Origin: an uncultured delta proteobacterium
Lineage (GTDB): Bacteria; Myxococcota; Myxococcia; SLRQ01
Length of the DNA stretch: 64,000 bases
Reading direction: 5' to 3'
Assembly (NCBI GenBank): GCA_963727485.1
Contig: CAVSGM010000003.1
Span: forward strand, 544,001 to 608,000
Shown here in pieces: positions 63,519 through 64,000 of this stretch. Both the position numbers and the translations under genes were made by a program. How positions within the stretch are numbered: the stretch's first letter is position 1; the number at the start of each line of letters is the position of its first letter. The notes below the pieces were generated by a model. The model was given only the letters and a program-made list of their open reading frames with translations. It was not told the DNA's origin and made no database searches.

Positions 63519-64000
63519 CCCCAGAACAGGCGCACCAGGACGATGGCGGCGATCATCCCGGCGATGTCGGCGGTGAGCGCCGCCGGCAGGGTGTGGCGCA
63601 CCTTCTTGACGCCCACGGCGCCGAAGTAGACGGCGAGGACGTAGAAGGTGGTCTCGGTGGAGCCGGCCATGACGCTGACCATGCGTCCGGCCAGCGAGCC
63701 CGGGCCGTCGGCCTTGAGGACCTCGGCGACCACCCCGTTGGCGGCGCCGCCGGACAGGGGCCGCACCAGGGCCATGGGCAGCACGTCCACGGGGATGCCC
63801 AGGGCCGCGAGCACCGGGTGGAGGGCGCTTGCCACCGCGCCCATGGCCCCGCTCGCCCGGAACATCCCCACCGCCACCAGGATCGCGACCAGGTAGGGGA
63901 TGATGCGCACCCCGATCTCGAAGCCCTCCTTGGCGCCCTCGACAAAGGCCTCGTAGACCCGGACCTTCCGGAGGAGCCCGTAGCCGAGGATCCCCGCGAG
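63515..64000 (-). CDS. spmB: SpmB / nucleoside-recognition (Gate) membrane protein, 5'-truncated by window
   Basis: VYEAFVEGAKEG; LVRPLSG; GSTETTFYVLAVYFGAVG.KK.RH. Confidence 0.88.
   Translation of the reverse strand, partial: LAGILGYGLLRKVRVYEAFVEGAKEGFEIGVRIIPYLVAILVAVGMFRASGAMGAVASALHPVLAALGIPVDVLPMALVRPLSGGAANGVVAEVLKADGPGSLAGRMVSVMAGSTETTFYVLAVYFGAVGVKKVRHTLPAALTADIAGMIAAIVLVRLFWG

Overview
Very GC-rich bacterial chromosomal DNA. Gene content points to a Myxococcota/deltaproteobacterial lineage: a PilT paralogue beside rplM-rpsI, a giant TPR protein, DUF4398/OmpA-TSP3, a Ser/Thr kinase and a sigma54 activator. It is mostly core genome: UvrD-like helicase end, rplM-rpsI, pilT, mutY, class-V aminotransferase, ppc, nitrilase, rimP-nusA-ylxR-infB-DUF503-rbfA-nrnA-truB, dtd, HIT, nirK, GH15, trmI, S9 peptidase, acyl-CoA dehydrogenase, RluA, DegP, OPT, Hsp70-like, GH1, YtfJ and SpmB. 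Many genes are broken by indels, especially between about 1.5 and 21.3 kb; these are most likely long-read or assembly errors, so coordinates of those genes are approximate. I found no rRNA, tRNA, CRISPR array, transposase or phage genes. The best leads are: a MATCAP-like (DUF1704, HExxxH/QEG) peptidase coupled to dtd where rpsO-pnp often follows truB; a possible 6S-like structured RNA between rbfA and nrnA; a small sigma70 region-4-like protein; an internally duplicated six-Cys secreted protein; a HEAT-repeat/DUF1460 amidase fusion; a palindromic operator over the nirK promoter; and a PocR-sigma54 activator/desaturase/lipoprotein-GH1 cluster. All calls come from reading motifs by eye; no searches were run.
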